Part shown: in pieces, positions 51,211-64,000 of the stretch
How the letters are laid out: every line of letters starts with the position of its first letter
How positions within the stretch are numbered: position 1 is the stretch's first letter
Origin: Somniosus microcephalus
Lineage: Eukaryota
NCBI GenBank assembly: GCA_052327205.1
Contig: CM126218.1
Coordinates: forward strand, 58,776,001 to 58,840,000
DNA: 64,000 nt
Direction of reading: 5' to 3'
Program-made: the position numbers and the translations under genes
Notes under the pieces: model-generated
Databases searched by the model: none
Told to the model about the DNA's origin: nothing
What the model saw: only the letters and a program-made list of their open reading frames with translations

Positions 51211-53769
51211 TAAGAGAAGATGGCTATTTTTAGGGGCAGTCATTATTTCATACATTGAAGGGCACTGGATTGCTAAGAGATCATTTACTGAGTTGGGGAA
51301 ATAATTTAGGCACAAAAATACTTTAGTATCAGACGAGACTGGTGCCAATGACCGACTGACTTTTTATTTGCTCTAAGTAGCATGTTATCAATGTTTTGAG
51401 ACATGTCAAATTATTTTAATTTGTTTAAAAATCGAGTAGAGATAGGGGCAAGGTGATGATTTGCGGCATTTAAATTGCAAACCCTTCAGGAAGTATATTA
51501 CTGAATGAAAATAAAATAATTCATATTTAGATATGTATTTTAATAATGTTAATGAAGGTATCAAGATCTGTGCCTATTTTATTTTATTTTATTTATAAAT
51601 CAGCACACTGGATCCGTTGCTGCAATTTCATGGGTTGCACAATCCTAAGCCCACCCCTGTCGATATGCGGTTCTTGTATCTTTTGAGGTGTATTGTTTTT
51701 GAATGTCAGGCTGGAAATTATTCTATATACTTCATCCTACCAATTAAATCCTACGGTATTGAGGCTGGGTCATGTGACATGCTGTTTATCATGGTAGGTC
51801 ATTTCATTTCAAGTGGAATAAACTGCTGCGGGCTGTGTTAGCACTTTAGCAGCACTTCACAAAAAGTAAGGTTCAGGTGGGCCACTGTTATCGGCACCTC
51901 TGCAATTGCACCCCACCAGGAGTTATTGGCATTAGGAGACGAGGTAAAGGGAGAAAACGAGTGGGACAGTAGGAAGAGGAAAAATGAATTAAATAAAGAA
52001 GGGGGAAATGTTACTCCGCTTCGGTCAATTTTTTCAGTTGCTGGTAGTGCAGCTGCATTAACCACTTGACATAATTTTTAAAAGTACTTTTATTTCACTG
52101 CAATTTACAGAGGAATAGAACCCCCCCGGTATACTGTACTTTGGGATCAGCTCCTTCATACCGATGCAGGAGCTGTGTTGAAGAGACATGACATTTGGCT
52201 GCCAGCTTCTCCCTTCCAGAGGCAGGTTGTAAAATATCCCAAATTGTCCAAAACAGATGGACATCAGCAGCAATCAGATCTGGATGGTCATGTCAGATAG
52301 AACTGGGCACAGTATGTATGTAAATCACTGTAGCAAACGGGTAGAACTGCATTAAAGAATTTTGAAGCAGTTCATTTTATTTCCTTCTCTATTCTAACAT
52401 TCACAGGTCACTGTTTTGCAAGGTAACGTTTCTTGCAGATATTAGTGATAAAAATAAATATTAGTTCCATGTTGGTGGAAAATAAATTTGGTGCCCAAAG
52501 GACTAAATAGTTAATTCTTCTGCATGTGTGTGGTGTTCAGATAAATCCAGGAAAACCAGTGCAGATGTTACACCTTAAAATGGATTCTTATGGCCTGAAA
52601 ACCTGATTGTTCAACCAATGCACTAATGGCCTTTTCAACCAATGCACTAATGGTCTTTATCTAGCTTACCAATACACTGATTTTTATAATAAGTGATGAG
52701 ATAGATAAAAATCAGGATCTGTGCACTGGTTGTAGTTTAATTATTTTTAAACTATTCTAAATTCTTTGCGACGGTGATAGGGGTTTGGACTTTCCTGGAA
52801 TTGGTCTTTCAAATATATATATACGGTGCATTTATAATATTTTTGATTTTTGAGGAATGGTGAATGTTTTGCTCACCAACTGGGAAATTGAGCACTTTTC
52901 TGTGTCTATACCTTCAAACTCGATTTCCTCTTCCAATCGTCCTTACCTTATCTCTCCTGAAGGACCTCACTTGCTGCTGGAGTAGTTCTAAAAAGGTACC
53001 AGAATCCCTCCCATACTTTGCTCGAGTGTCCAATTCCCATGTGTGAGCCTGAACAGTCAGTGCCAGCAGTCTATTCAACCGTAAGAGCCATCACAGCTGA
53101 GCCTAATCCTGTTAGCACCAGATGTTCACACATTTACTTCCAGCTGGTGGTCACTGGATGCCGATCAAAAGCAGTGACGCTGACTAATTTTTTCCCCTTC
53201 CCTAATCAGGGAATGATGCGGCCAATTCTAGCATTCCTATTACTGCCCGGTGCCCATTTTAAATCTCCTCTTAATCAGATACGCATCCAGCTCATTTTCT
53301 TAACAGTTAAATCAGTAGAACATTGAATGCTTTTGATTGCATAGTACTCAAATTATTAGACAACGCAGTTTGAAGCAGATAACAGCATTCTTATTATACA
53401 TTCATTATTGATGCTGTTATTAACCACATTATAAAATGTAATGAAATAACCAATTATTAGTATACTTATATGCATTAAATACACTGATTTAACTTTAAAA
53501 ACTGTATTCTAGATGATTGAAAAATCTTGTTTTAAGTCACTCTGAGTTCAGTGTGTAGAGGCCACCCGATTATTGTCTTCTCCCACCAGCAACCTGCCGC
53601 TTTCCGTCAGAAACAGTTGAGCAGCCGACCGGCGACATTCAAATGGCCACTGATTCACCCCCCTCCCCCACCGCCTGCGCGGGATTGCTGTTCGCTCCCG
53701 CTGGGAGTTAAAATTGGCCCTATGGAGTCTGTATCACATTAATATGTTTATATATATTTATATATGCAA

Positions 53770-54060
53770 TAAACAATTCCCTTAGTGTCCAAAACGCTAT
53801 CGCTCTCAGTCTTGAATATACTCAATGACTGAGCATCCACAGCCCTCTGGGGTAGAGAATTCCAAAGATTCACAACCCTCTGAGTGAAGAAATTTCTCCT
53901 TATCTCAGTCCTAAATGGCCGACCCCTTATCCTGAGACTGTGACCCCTAGTTCTAGACTCTCCAGCCAGGGGAAACAACCTCTCAACATCTACCCAGTCA
54001 AGTCCTCCAAAATGTTATATGTTTCAATGAGATCACCTCTCATTCTTCTAAACTCCAGAG
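53770..54060 (-). mobile_element. CR1 internal fragment
   Basis: ORF 53748..53978 (SRTRGHSLRIRGRPFRTE). Confidence 0.88.
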
Positions 54061-54831
54061 AGCATATGCCCTTTCTAATGTATTTCGCAGTGAACAACAC
54101 CAACCCTGGTGACAGAAAATAATCCAAATATACAGGGACCGGGGAACACAAGGCATGTTTCCAATGCAAGCAGGTTGTTAGGTTGAGTTAAAACAATTCC
54201 CATTTCAAGGTTGTTCCACTACATGCAAATCTAAATGACCTCACCTTCATGTCCTGTAAATGTTTCCTGTCACTTTTATTATCACACAGCTAGATGCACA
54301 TGAAAGACCAATATCAAAATAAATTCTGGATTTTCTCCCTAAGGCTTCAGTGTAGTGATGATATTTCCTGACAGCTGGGCCTCACGCTTTGTTAGGATTA
54401 CTGCTGTTGGCCTGCACGCATTGGGTTTGGGCAATGGCAGATTGCAAATGGCTGGTGACAGATGGAGAGGAATCTGCCCTCAACACCTTCATTTCAGAAC
54501 AAGTGAACATCATAAATTTCCCAAATTAAGAAGATGTCATTCAACCCAGCCAGACGGAAGGACAGATTTGATAGCCAGACGGACCAACGCATAATTGCAA
54601 TACAAATTCTGTTTAGAACGGCACTAAATGTCATTTGTAAGCAGGTTTAAATTAATGCGCCCTTCCAACAGAGACGGCATTTAATGACTGTCATATTTTA
54701 ACTGATTAGTCGCTGGGTATGACTTCTCCACAGAGGTATGAAGCTTATCAATTAAAATTGAGACATAGCAAAGAGATGAGGTACGTACAAAGCAGCAAAT
54801 GACTAGGATAAGGGGATTATTCAGAGCAAAC

Positions 54832-55072
54832 CTTCACTGTGGCTCCAGGGAAAAAAAGCCAGTTGCCTGTGTCGACTGGATCTAGGTTATCTTCCAGAAG
54901 AATCTGTTTGTGGGCAGCATTGATGATCAGTATGTTATCCAGAGCCCAGCAGGCCTCATACACGTCACTTCCATGGAGATATTCTTGCTTCCATTTAAAT
55001 TTGATATTTTCGCCTTTGGCATCTTGGGGAAGATAGATTATGTGGATAACGGTGCTGGTGTTAGATGGAGCC
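54832..55072 (-). CDS. RELN: Reelin coding exon (approx. exon 10), 241 nt, [22 protein letters not shown]...[10 protein letters not shown]
   Basis: ORF 54817..55098 translation is clearly reelin; cag/gt boundaries; ends in phase 0. Confidence 0.96.
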
Positions 55073-57488
55073 CTGATATTTAAAGAAAAAAAACGCACAA
55101 GTCATTTATCTTTTTTGTGCTCTATATCTTTTACCCTTGCAACCCACTTGCTATCACGTATTGTCTTCTCACAGAAAAGGGGTGGTTACACGTTTCTCAA
55201 CGGCTGCTATCAATCTGTAGAAGGAGCAAGTCAAGCGAACAGAACCAGGTCAACTTTTCCCTCCCTTACTTTCATCTCTTGCTTGTGTGCGGTGTTCCAT
55301 TTAGCAGCAGCTAAACTTACAAAGAACTTCCCCAACTGAGGCAATAGGATCACATTTATAACCTTTTGGCTAGTGATTACATGTTTAACCCCTGCAAGGG
55401 CACCCTTATTACCCTTATTGGAAACCCAAGTATGAGAACAAGTGACGGAGCAGTGTGTTGAAACCCCTCCCTACTCAACTCCTCACCACCCAACTCTCCC
55501 TCCTGGCCCCCTTGCTAGCAGACACTGCCAATGATTCATTCTCCTCAGGTACCGCCCCGTCCCCTTCCAAACTGCTGTTATCGCCCCCTCCTCAAAAATC
55601 CCACTCTCAACTCTCCCATCCTCAGCAAGTAACATGCCGGAGTGGTTTGTCATAGGGAAAGCGTATTGGGCGGTCAGTGGGAGGACCGACTGCCCACCCG
55701 CCTGATGGTTCTAGCGAGAGGCCCGAACCATCTTCATGGCGAGGTCACATTTGATTGGAATCGGCGAGTTGCCAGTGTTGATTTGGGCCGGTGGGGGGGG
55801 GGGGGGGGGGAGATGCGGGGAGAAATCAGGCGGTTCCTCCACTGAGCTAAGCTGGAAGTCGAAACTTAAAAGCGGGGGAGGGGGGGGGGGGGGAAGGGGC
55901 CAGCAGTAGGTGGGAAGATATTTGTGGGCCAGGAGGAGCATTCACTTGCACGCTCTGACCATTGGTACATGAAAATTGCATCAGAGTCCTATAACCATGT
56001 AGGACCCTGATTTATGTATTTCAATAAGGCTCCCACCTATTCAGGCGGAGGTGCTGGGCGCCCTTTGAGGTCTGCTCAAAAATTGAGTCGGAAGGGCTTC
56101 AGGCATCCAGTGGGTGGTAGATTTTTAAAAAAAATTGCTGACCATCATTTTTTTCAACATTAACAGAGTGGTAGGTAGACAAAAATCCCCACCCCCAACC
56201 GCATCTCCAACGCCCTTGAACATGCCATTGCCTCCCACCTCCTCTGTAACTCTCAGTTCAAATACCTATAGTCCAGCATCCATCTTTCCCAGTACCAAAA
56301 TAGCTCCCACAAGTCACAATTGACAACCTCTTGACTGTAATGGTGGTAACATTGGGCCAAATCTTCCTGGAAAACTAACAGCAGGTCAATGATGCAGGCC
56401 GTTATTAATGTGCAAATTGGCCCGCAAGTTCAGGGGATGAGGGAATACGCTGCGAGTTGGGAATCTCTGGAACTTGCTGGTTGATTTACGCCGTTCAGCT
56501 GATTGTGCCAAACGGCATCTCAGTTTAGATACAAGGAGATTGATGTGTGTGAGAGATACACGTTCACAATAGGAAGAACTTTGACTTGTTGATCAGGATC
56601 AATAACTTTCAAAGCAACAGGTCAGGAAAGCAATGGTAGAATTCTGAAATTGAAGCAGAAAATGCTGGAACGGGAGAGCGGGTCAGCCAGCATCTGAAAG
56701 AGAAAAATATTTCAGGTGGGCGCCTGCATTAGAAACCAAAACGTTACCATACCATTCTCTTACAAATACGAGCCTTAAGGATCACAAAAGGACAAGGCAG
56801 TCATAGTAAATCAAAACAAATTGATATTGTTCCAGAAAATTGAAGGCAATACAGTTAAATCTCATGAATGTAGGCCTGCCCGAGGGACAGTGCATTGGTG
56901 GACACTGATGCTTGTGGTATAAGAGTAGATTCTTCCTTACAATTCTCCATGTTAAGTTCTGACATCTGTGGAGCAGTTGGCCACAGGTGTCCCACTTGCC
57001 CAGAGGGAGTGGGGGAAAACGAGAGGGGGAACCAGCTCACTGACAAACCCCTCTCACAAATCTCCTGCCAGCTGCTTCAATAGTAACACTTTCAGAGGTA
57101 TGGGCACAGGCCATCTGCACATACACTCTCAGAATAATATATGGTGCAAAGACCCAAAATATGGAAAGAAGTGGGGAGTCATGTTAATACAAAAAGCGCT
57201 GACATGCATCCAGTAAGTATGCTGCTAACGAAAAGGTGTTCAATAGCAGTATATATTAAGAAGTCATAGTAGAGAAAGGGAAAATTAAAGACACATTTCA
57301 TTAAAGGGGCAGTCTAATGTTTTTAAGACTATGAGGTGTGCCTGTGTTTTAACAAGTTTCTATTTATCCTACAAAATGGTTCATATCAAAAGTAGACGCC
57401 TCAATTCAGCACATACCTAGATCCTGTTGATTAAGGAACTGATGATATTCTTTCTAGTCCCTGACCATTAATTTTCTTTTGTACAAAC

Positions 57489-57585
57489 CTAATTTTCTCC
57501 AGAACAATCCAATCAGCTGAGGTGTTCTTGGTGTAGTAGACGACAATACTGGGATCGGTGTAGCTATAGCGACAAGTGCCAGACC
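57489..57585 (-). CDS. RELN: Reelin coding exon (approx. exon 9), 97 nt, [33 protein letters not shown]
   Basis: Inside ORF 57431..57646; cag acceptor, gtttg donor; phases fit both neighbouring exons. Confidence 0.95.
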
Positions 57586-60500
57586 CTGTAAGCCAGATCA
57601 GAGGGAAAAATGGCATCAGGAAAAGATCTGACTTAGGCATCAGCAACCACAGCAGTGACCTTCCGTCGCCCCCATGTTAGTCTTCAGCCTTTCATGCTTT
57701 TGATTTATGGTGAAATTATTGTCTGATTTGTGGTTAAATGTAAATATGGAATTTTGCATGATTCATGTGACATGTGTGATATATAGATAATAAATCACAA
57801 TCCTGGAAAGTAATCTGTCACTTTTCCCAAGAGGGAAGACTGAATAAATTTGAAGAAATATTAGGAGCTGGTAATGCAAACGGGTTCACCTGCCACAAGA
57901 GTGGTTATTGCCATTTTAACAGCTTGGACGCATAGGCAGCTTTGGCACATCTATGAAGAGTAATAAATAATACATAGTCAGGACAGAAACCTGATTTTTG
58001 GTTCACAAATGGGTAGAAAACCATAACATGTATCGCTCGCTCAATCAGATGTAACACCTGGTTAGCACCAACGAGCACTTACTGCTGTGTTGTTCGACGC
58101 AGCTGGAAACAATACGTACACATTGTACAAAGAACAATAACCGTTTTCAAACACAGGTTAATCAGAAGCAGTGTTTGAATAACAGAATAGTGTCCTTGCA
58201 CTCACTGCGGCCTAGACATGGTTCATTAATTTTATCAATGGAGTTGTAACAAAAATATTGCAGACTAAGAGCTGCATTCTGATCTGTGGATTATGAATGG
58301 TGGAGCCTAATACTACAATTGTATTGTTATTTTTTTCTGAAAATCTTTTTTGTTCCATATTTAATGTAATTTTCTTCCTCTGTTTGAGGTCCTTTCATGC
58401 CATGCAGCAATCCCCAACAAAGTGGTCAAGCAGGAAATCTCATCCCTGGCTTTCCGATGTGGTCTTTGGGTGAGGTCTCGAGCGTGGCCCAGGGTGACCC
58501 ACCTGCTGATTCTCCCTCCCACTCTGTAGGGAACCACCAGGCTTCAAACTGCTATTTCTTCACAGTAGCTCAATCTTGATCCCCTACAAGTGCCACAATT
58601 TATTTCTCTCTCTGTCCATTTTGTCCCGTTACTCTTTTTCTCAGCTGTTGTCATTGGGCCCCTGCCTCCTCATGCTCAAGCCAGCAGGGTATGGTGACCA
58701 GAGTTGTGGAGTTCTCCACAGCCACTCTCAAATGTTCCTCCATCATCTCTTGGTGCAAGTGCAATTCAAGCAAGGACAGTTAGATGATGCCTCCTTCTTC
58801 CTCCCCTCACCCAATTCACCTTAATTGGGCAGCTTACTTCCGCGCAGTGCTCTACTTAACTGCCTAGCTGGGAACTGATAGCAGTTACATATCAGAAAGC
58901 AGCCTGTCAACATGAACATGGACAGCTGAGACCATAGTGGTCCACTGAGAATTTTTTAGTCAACACAGTGTGCTGGTTTCTTAAAACCAGTCACATTATA
59001 AACAAGGTGTGACTGGTGCTTGCTGTTAGCAGGCACTAATATCAAAAAAGCGCGAGAACAAAAGACATTCTGCTTGGTGATTTATTGCAGCTGGAATGAT
59101 TGCTCCCTGATAAGCTTGTTTGATAGATTGACTGGCTGTAATTCCTATTAATATTAGGTGATGGTGGCCTGAAGGTATAATTAAACACACATTCACCACA
59201 GCTTTCTGACGGTAACTGATTTCTGCATGAATTATCTGACTTTACGTTTCGACAAATACTTTGCAGATGCAATGCTGTTTTTTTAAAAAAAGCTCCTTTG
59301 ATAAATCTCCCTGCTCTCATTTGAACAAGGTCCTGGACAGTCAAATGTTTTAGCAGTGTAGTGATGGTCTAGAACCACTTCTTAAAATGTAATCCAAATA
59401 AATTGGGAACTTGGGCCTAGTAACCATATCAAAAAGAACAGAAACTATTTCTGTACTGTATTTTATTATAACATTCATTTATTTTCCTCAATAGTGGTAT
59501 GAGGAGAGTGGAGCAGTTAGGTGCAATTTGTGCTTTCTCAGGTATTTGACATGGTCCCTTACTTTGGCTGCATTTCAATGTCTAACTGAGGATCTGACAT
59601 TTGAAGGTACGATGCGCTGTCACATGAACAATATTCCAGGTTCAGGCCTGCAATTCTGTTATACCTTGTTGTGGCACTGAGCTCGGTTTCACCATCTAAA
59701 GTGATGCACATCAACTAGTTCTTTCAGTTAACAGGGGAACAAGTAACAAAGCAGTTTAATTGATAGTCATGACATCTTGATCTCAGTGCCGTCAGGGACT
59801 GACGAGTGATGGTTATATTACATCCCCAAAAGCAAATGGTAGTTAAGTCCCCCAAGAGCCCTCTCACATAGCTCCTTGTAGCTGGCTGAAGAGGGATAAA
59901 TCATTGACCACCCTTTTGATCAGAGAATGGTGCATGGCAGGATGAGGTCTGAACAGAAAGGAGAACGTGGAACAAAACAAATTTTTAAAAGTTAATTGAA
60001 AAAATCAATGTGACAGGTTAACAATTTGTAAAGCCATTCCAAGGAGATTGGGTTCAAATCTATCTGGTGAGTCGCTCTAGTGCTTGACCAAATCACCAGA
60101 TGAAGAGCACTCCATCACTAGACAGAAAAAGAAACTTTGCACTTTTCCCCACTGCCAGCACTGACCCGTTCACAGGCAACACCATTCACCTTCCCATCTG
60201 AAGGGAATAAATACTAAATGAAATGGGCAGATTTTGAAACTGGAAAGGAGCACTCAGTAATTAAAAGGTTAACTATCGTATTAAAGAGACATTCTGTACA
60301 TTGGCGTTCCATTAATTTTGTACAAGAGGAGACATGGAATATAGTTCAAATAATTGCATTTAAAATTATAGCTCATTAGAAATTTGAAGTGCAGCTGGAG
60401 TAAGGGACCAGGTCCAAATTCCATCTATTTTGCAAAAGGATAAATGGAGCCTTGGCTGCTCCATTGTCTGCTCTTCAGGAGGAAAAAAAATACAATTAAA

Positions 60501-62145
60501 TATAATTCTATTCAATTGTCTCCTCAATTAATCTCCATTACCACACGAAAGCTGGCTATTCAGAATGTTTCATTTAGACATGGTCCCTAAATGCCATGAA
60601 AGAATTAAGAGTTAAAGGGTCACATATATTATAATATGTCCAGATTCATCCATTATCTTCATGAGGTATCCTTATGCAGTGCTTATCTTTAATTTATTAA
60701 TATAATCTTTAACATTTTTACTAGCAGTAAATATTAATTTGTGCTTTTGCATCAATAGCTTAGCATACAAAACTGAATCCTACAGCTTAATGTGAATGAG
60801 TGATTAGTTTTTATTTTTATGTAGCCCCATCTCAATTCCTTCTACACTGACATCACGTGTGCTATGCATGCTTTAGACAACACTGTAAATGAATGACTGC
60901 TGTTAAAACAACAGATTGTACTTTGATTAATCTAGGACACAACTCTTGGGCAAAATAGATCAACTGAACATAAATGGAACAGTAGAAAAAGGTAAGTGAA
61001 TGAAGAAGAAAAATCTGCCTTCATTGTTATAATTTACAATGCCCCCAAATTCCTCGACGGTTCTGCCCGTCACCATATCTCCAGCAGAACCTGCTGGGAA
61101 AAGGGAGGGACCCAGTTAGGCTGCATCCTCGCTAACTCCATCAATTCCTGGTCAGCCTTGTATGGGGTGGTGAACTCCCGCCCATCCCTTACAAATCCAA
61201 TGACACCACAGGGGTGCAGCCTCCCTCTACTAGTAGTTCCTGATTGCCTACCTCAGAAGGAACCCAGCATCAATTGCCCAGGGTCTTTCTCTCTTGTGCC
61301 TACAAATAGCAGATTTAAGAGTTGCAGGTAATAGGCCTGCTCTCTTGACCTTCTACACTGACAGCACTGTTTTACTTTGGGTAATTGACCCTCTCTTATG
61401 GAAGTCAGGACAGGGGTGCCTGGGAATCTGCCAAGTTTGCAGCAGCCCCCTATGAGTATAGCAATATTTACAGGGGACCACAGGAGTGTGTCAATATTGA
61501 AGGGCAGTCTACTGCACAAAAAAGTTTGAAAACCAGTGGGAAATGCCTCGTCTTCAATCTTGCCGACATCAAATGCCTTGGCTGAGATTAAAAATGCGCC
61601 ATGTGAGATATTGTGGTGAAGTCTCTTCAAACTCCCTCATAGCACAGTGTTTACCAACTTGTTGCTTCAACAGGTCCCCCACAAACAACATGTATATTAT
61701 TACTTTTGCTATTAAATCTCACAGGTGGAAAGTTAAAAATAACAAAAAGCTCACTCTAATATTATTTTCATTAAATTCTATCATCCACAACACCCTAAAG
61801 TAAAAACTGTTTATGAACTGAGAAAAAGCATATTTGAACAAACTTTGAGGAAAATGTTTTTTAACCAAAGAGGAATTTTCACAGATAATTAATGATTAAG
61901 ATAATTAATGCAACAGCTTAATTGAAAGAAAACATTATTCCTCTGGAGTATATCCTAAAAGGAATGAAACCCATTTACATTTCTGTGTTCAACAGGTGAA
62001 GAATATTGTCAAATGCTCGTTTTAATTAAAGTGAGAGTTATTTGAACTGAAGGCTCCTACTTCATCCTAAAGATTTCAAAATACTTCCACATTTCTGCTT
62101 CAATGCCAATTGGGCTGGGTAAGTGAAAAGGCTATTATCACTTAC

Positions 62146-62197
62146 CAATAGAGAACTGAAGAACAGACGCTGTGGTTGTATTAAGCACAACAGTGGT
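62146..62197 (-). CDS. RELN: Reelin coding exon (approx. human exon 8), 52 nt, TTVVLNTTTASVLQFSI(G)
   Basis: Manual translation matches recalled reelin ITTGLNTTTASVLQFSIG; tag acceptor and gtaag donor; phase 0/1. Confidence 0.93.
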
Positions 62198-63669
62198 CTA
62201 GAAAAAGAAACAAGAGCATTACAAAAGGACCCATCTTGACCTTAACTGCTAAAATAATTGAATACGAATGCTCTTTGGCGGGTGTCTCTTCAGATGGAAC
62301 CCTCTCTGACACTCCCTGAATGCAATTAAGCTTTCAGGCCAGGAATTTGGCTCTTGGCGGTGCGAGCAGCCAGACTAATTGAGAAAGCCCTGAGTGCGAA
62401 TCAGAATTTCCACTCAGACCACCAGAATTGCACCCAACGCTGAAAGTGAATCTGCAATTAAATGTCAAGAAGAACATAAGGATGTAGAAATAGGAAAAGG
62501 GATTCAGCCCTTGTGGTTTACTCTGTCATCCAGATCCTATTTTCAGGCCTGATCTCATCACTTTTTGGCTTTTCCTTACCTCAAACCCATATTTTTCAAC
62601 TTTCTGCTGAATCTGGGATTAATCCGATTCCTTTTTAATTGGTTCAACCGAGTCAGTACGTACTGCACAAGGCAACAATCTATTCTGTAAGTTCACAGAT
62701 TCAAACCCAAAATGCTTTAAGCTTACTTTGAGGTTTCTTTATGTTATAATCCAGGTCTCTTCTGAAAAAAGCTGAACTATCATTAGGTTTACTTAGTCAC
62801 CAGATTTACTTTCAGTTGAGAAATCCTGAATAATTCTTGTCATAATCAAAACCAAAAGAGTTTAAATATTTAAAGAAGAAACCAATATAATAGCATTTGT
62901 AAAAACAATAACCTAAAGTTCACTGTGCGTTTAACAAAGAAGGCTGTCTTGTTGCTGACAAGTGGGAGTACAAACTGAATATAAGTGACAAATGAAGCCA
63001 GGCGTTAATAGTCAATTAATTAGCAATGCAATCAGTGTATCTATGATGTTTTGCATCCATCTATCCCACAGGTCCTGCAATTGCTTCATTTATCATTTCA
63101 AATGGCTGCTATTCACAAGATAAATTGGATGAAACCACAATCCAGATTGCACCCAAATGCTGATGACTGATTAATCATCACTATTTCACATGCTCTTTGT
63201 GCTGTAATAGTTGTGGTTTGTGAATTGTGAGGGCAATTTTGTACAAAAAATTCTGCATCCATTTAGAATTGGATTGCAGCTGCCCAAACCCATCTGACTT
63301 GAGATACTTAACAGCTGTTGGAGAGAGGAGATCTTTAGCAATGAACAAACTCGAGCCTTTGAGTATGATTTCAACCTTGTGCATAGCTGCCTCAAAGTTG
63401 TGTAGTACAGGTCTGAGCCTTAACAAGGGTCACTACTCCAACCCACATAGCAGGAGTAAAGAGGCAAAAGGGTTTCCAGTTGAGCAGCTCATTTAGAAGC
63501 ATCCTCCTGTGGGATTAGAAAAATACATTGCTCTATTTATATCATATACTGTACAACGCCACATATGGATATTGTAAACCATTGAGGAGCTGACAATTTG
63601 TTTGGCTTCTGTTTGTACAATTTGTTTTCTATTTTTCTGCCCTTTTCTCATCTCTCTCCTGAAGACACT

Positions 63670-64000
63670 GGGCTGGATTTTTCTCCGGGAGGAGGGGTAG
63701 CCTCTAGCCACCCTGACTCTGCCCCATTTTCCTGGGTCGCGACTATTTAACATACAGGGCTGGCTCCCAGATGGATCCCCTCTACACAGAGGGAGCTCAT
63801 TGCTGCTGGGGAAGAAAATCTGGTAGCGCTGCAGCATAACATCTATTGCAAGGAGGAGGGGGATCTCTTAGAGGGGGACGAAGCTCCCAAAGATTTTTGT
63901 ATAAAATTGAAAGAGAGGCTCTTATAGATCTGCGGAAGTTCCAGCTGCAGGTAGGGAGCCTAAAGAGAGGGAGACGTTCCCATTACTAGGTTCTCGCTCC
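63670..64000. mobile_element. Probable left end of a Harbinger-type MITE running out of the window
   Basis: Starts GGGCTGGATTTT followed by GC-rich sequence; other end not visible. Confidence 0.4.

Noticed and set aside
55793-55893. Poly-G tracts as functional G-quadruplexes
   Set aside because: They lie in degraded MITE-like GC-rich sequence; homopolymer length is unreliable and nothing else supports function.
62198-64000. Next upstream RELN exon (and the next downstream exon within 1-3542)
   Set aside because: I found no matching coding sequence; both probably lie outside the window.

Overview
Vertebrate genomic DNA, most likely a cartilaginous fish (inferred from shark-type DeuSINE, CR1 and Penelope repeats). 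The whole window lies inside the reelin (RELN) gene on the minus strand. I can read 13 consecutive GT-AG coding exons (1949 nt, one continuous frame), equivalent to human exons ~8-20 by recalled numbering. They cover the late N-terminal region, the first reelin repeat with its EGF motif and the start of repeat 2. The introns are dense with transposable elements: many CR1 and L2 LINE copies, tRNA-derived SINEs, Penelope-like fragments with minimal hammerhead ribozymes, two inverted solo LTRs and a hAT MITE. The standout is a complete 4.3-kb PIF/Harbinger transposon (44795-49090) with perfect TIRs, an intact DDE transposase and a convergent spliced Myb/SANT partner gene. It has related non-autonomous MITEs in the window, one of which shares its target-site sequence. 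No prokaryotic features and no CRISPR array are present.
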